Assembly: GCF_964204645.1 (NCBI RefSeq)
Contig: NC_134025.1
Span: 28,934,299-28,998,298, forward strand
From: Tubulanus polymorphus
Lineage: Eukaryota; Animalia; Nemertea
DNA: 64,000 nucleotides
Reading direction: 5' to 3'
Shown here one piece after another: positions 63,959-64,000 of this stretch. Each line of letters opens with the position of its first letter. Within the stretch, counting starts at the first letter, position 1. Made by a program: the position numbers and the translations under genes. The notes beneath the pieces were generated by a model. That model saw nothing but the letters and a program-made list of their open reading frames with translations. It ran no database searches and was not told the origin of the DNA.

Positions 63959-64000
63959 GTAGGTCTCGTTGACATATATCGTTATTCTGTGATTTATAGA

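Overview
AT-rich animal genomic DNA with compact spliceosomal introns, most likely a non-model bilaterian invertebrate (inferred from gene content; I cannot fix the taxon). I saw no CRISPR arrays, rRNA or tRNA. Thirteen protein-coding genes can be assembled by hand from GT-AG exons: the 3' end of NEMF; a TMEM196-like gene; an intronless 557-aa protein with a helix-hairpin-helix domain, a basic S/T-P-rich tail and a C-terminal CaaX box; CatSper1 (with a candidate U12 intron) head-to-head with alpha-SNAP; an ~18-kb receptor tyrosine kinase gene with a Cys-rich cap and three repeated FN3-like/Cys modules; an astacin with five ShK domains; a B3GAT glucuronosyltransferase; a 7-exon 485-aa coiled-coil orphan; a small secreted protein with resistin/PCSK9-like cysteine modules; a NAT8/camello-like acetyltransferase; two tandem intronless GPCRs; and the 5' part of a kielin/chordin-like gene. 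Several non-autonomous DNA-transposon (MITE) families are present, including an intact foldback with a 6-bp target-site duplication. The best candidates for something undescribed are the HhH-CaaX protein (possible prenylated membrane-chromatin tether next to CatSper1), the resistin-like secreted protein and the RTK ectodomain repeat. All family calls come from recalled motifs, not database searches, and exon coordinates are hand-counted.
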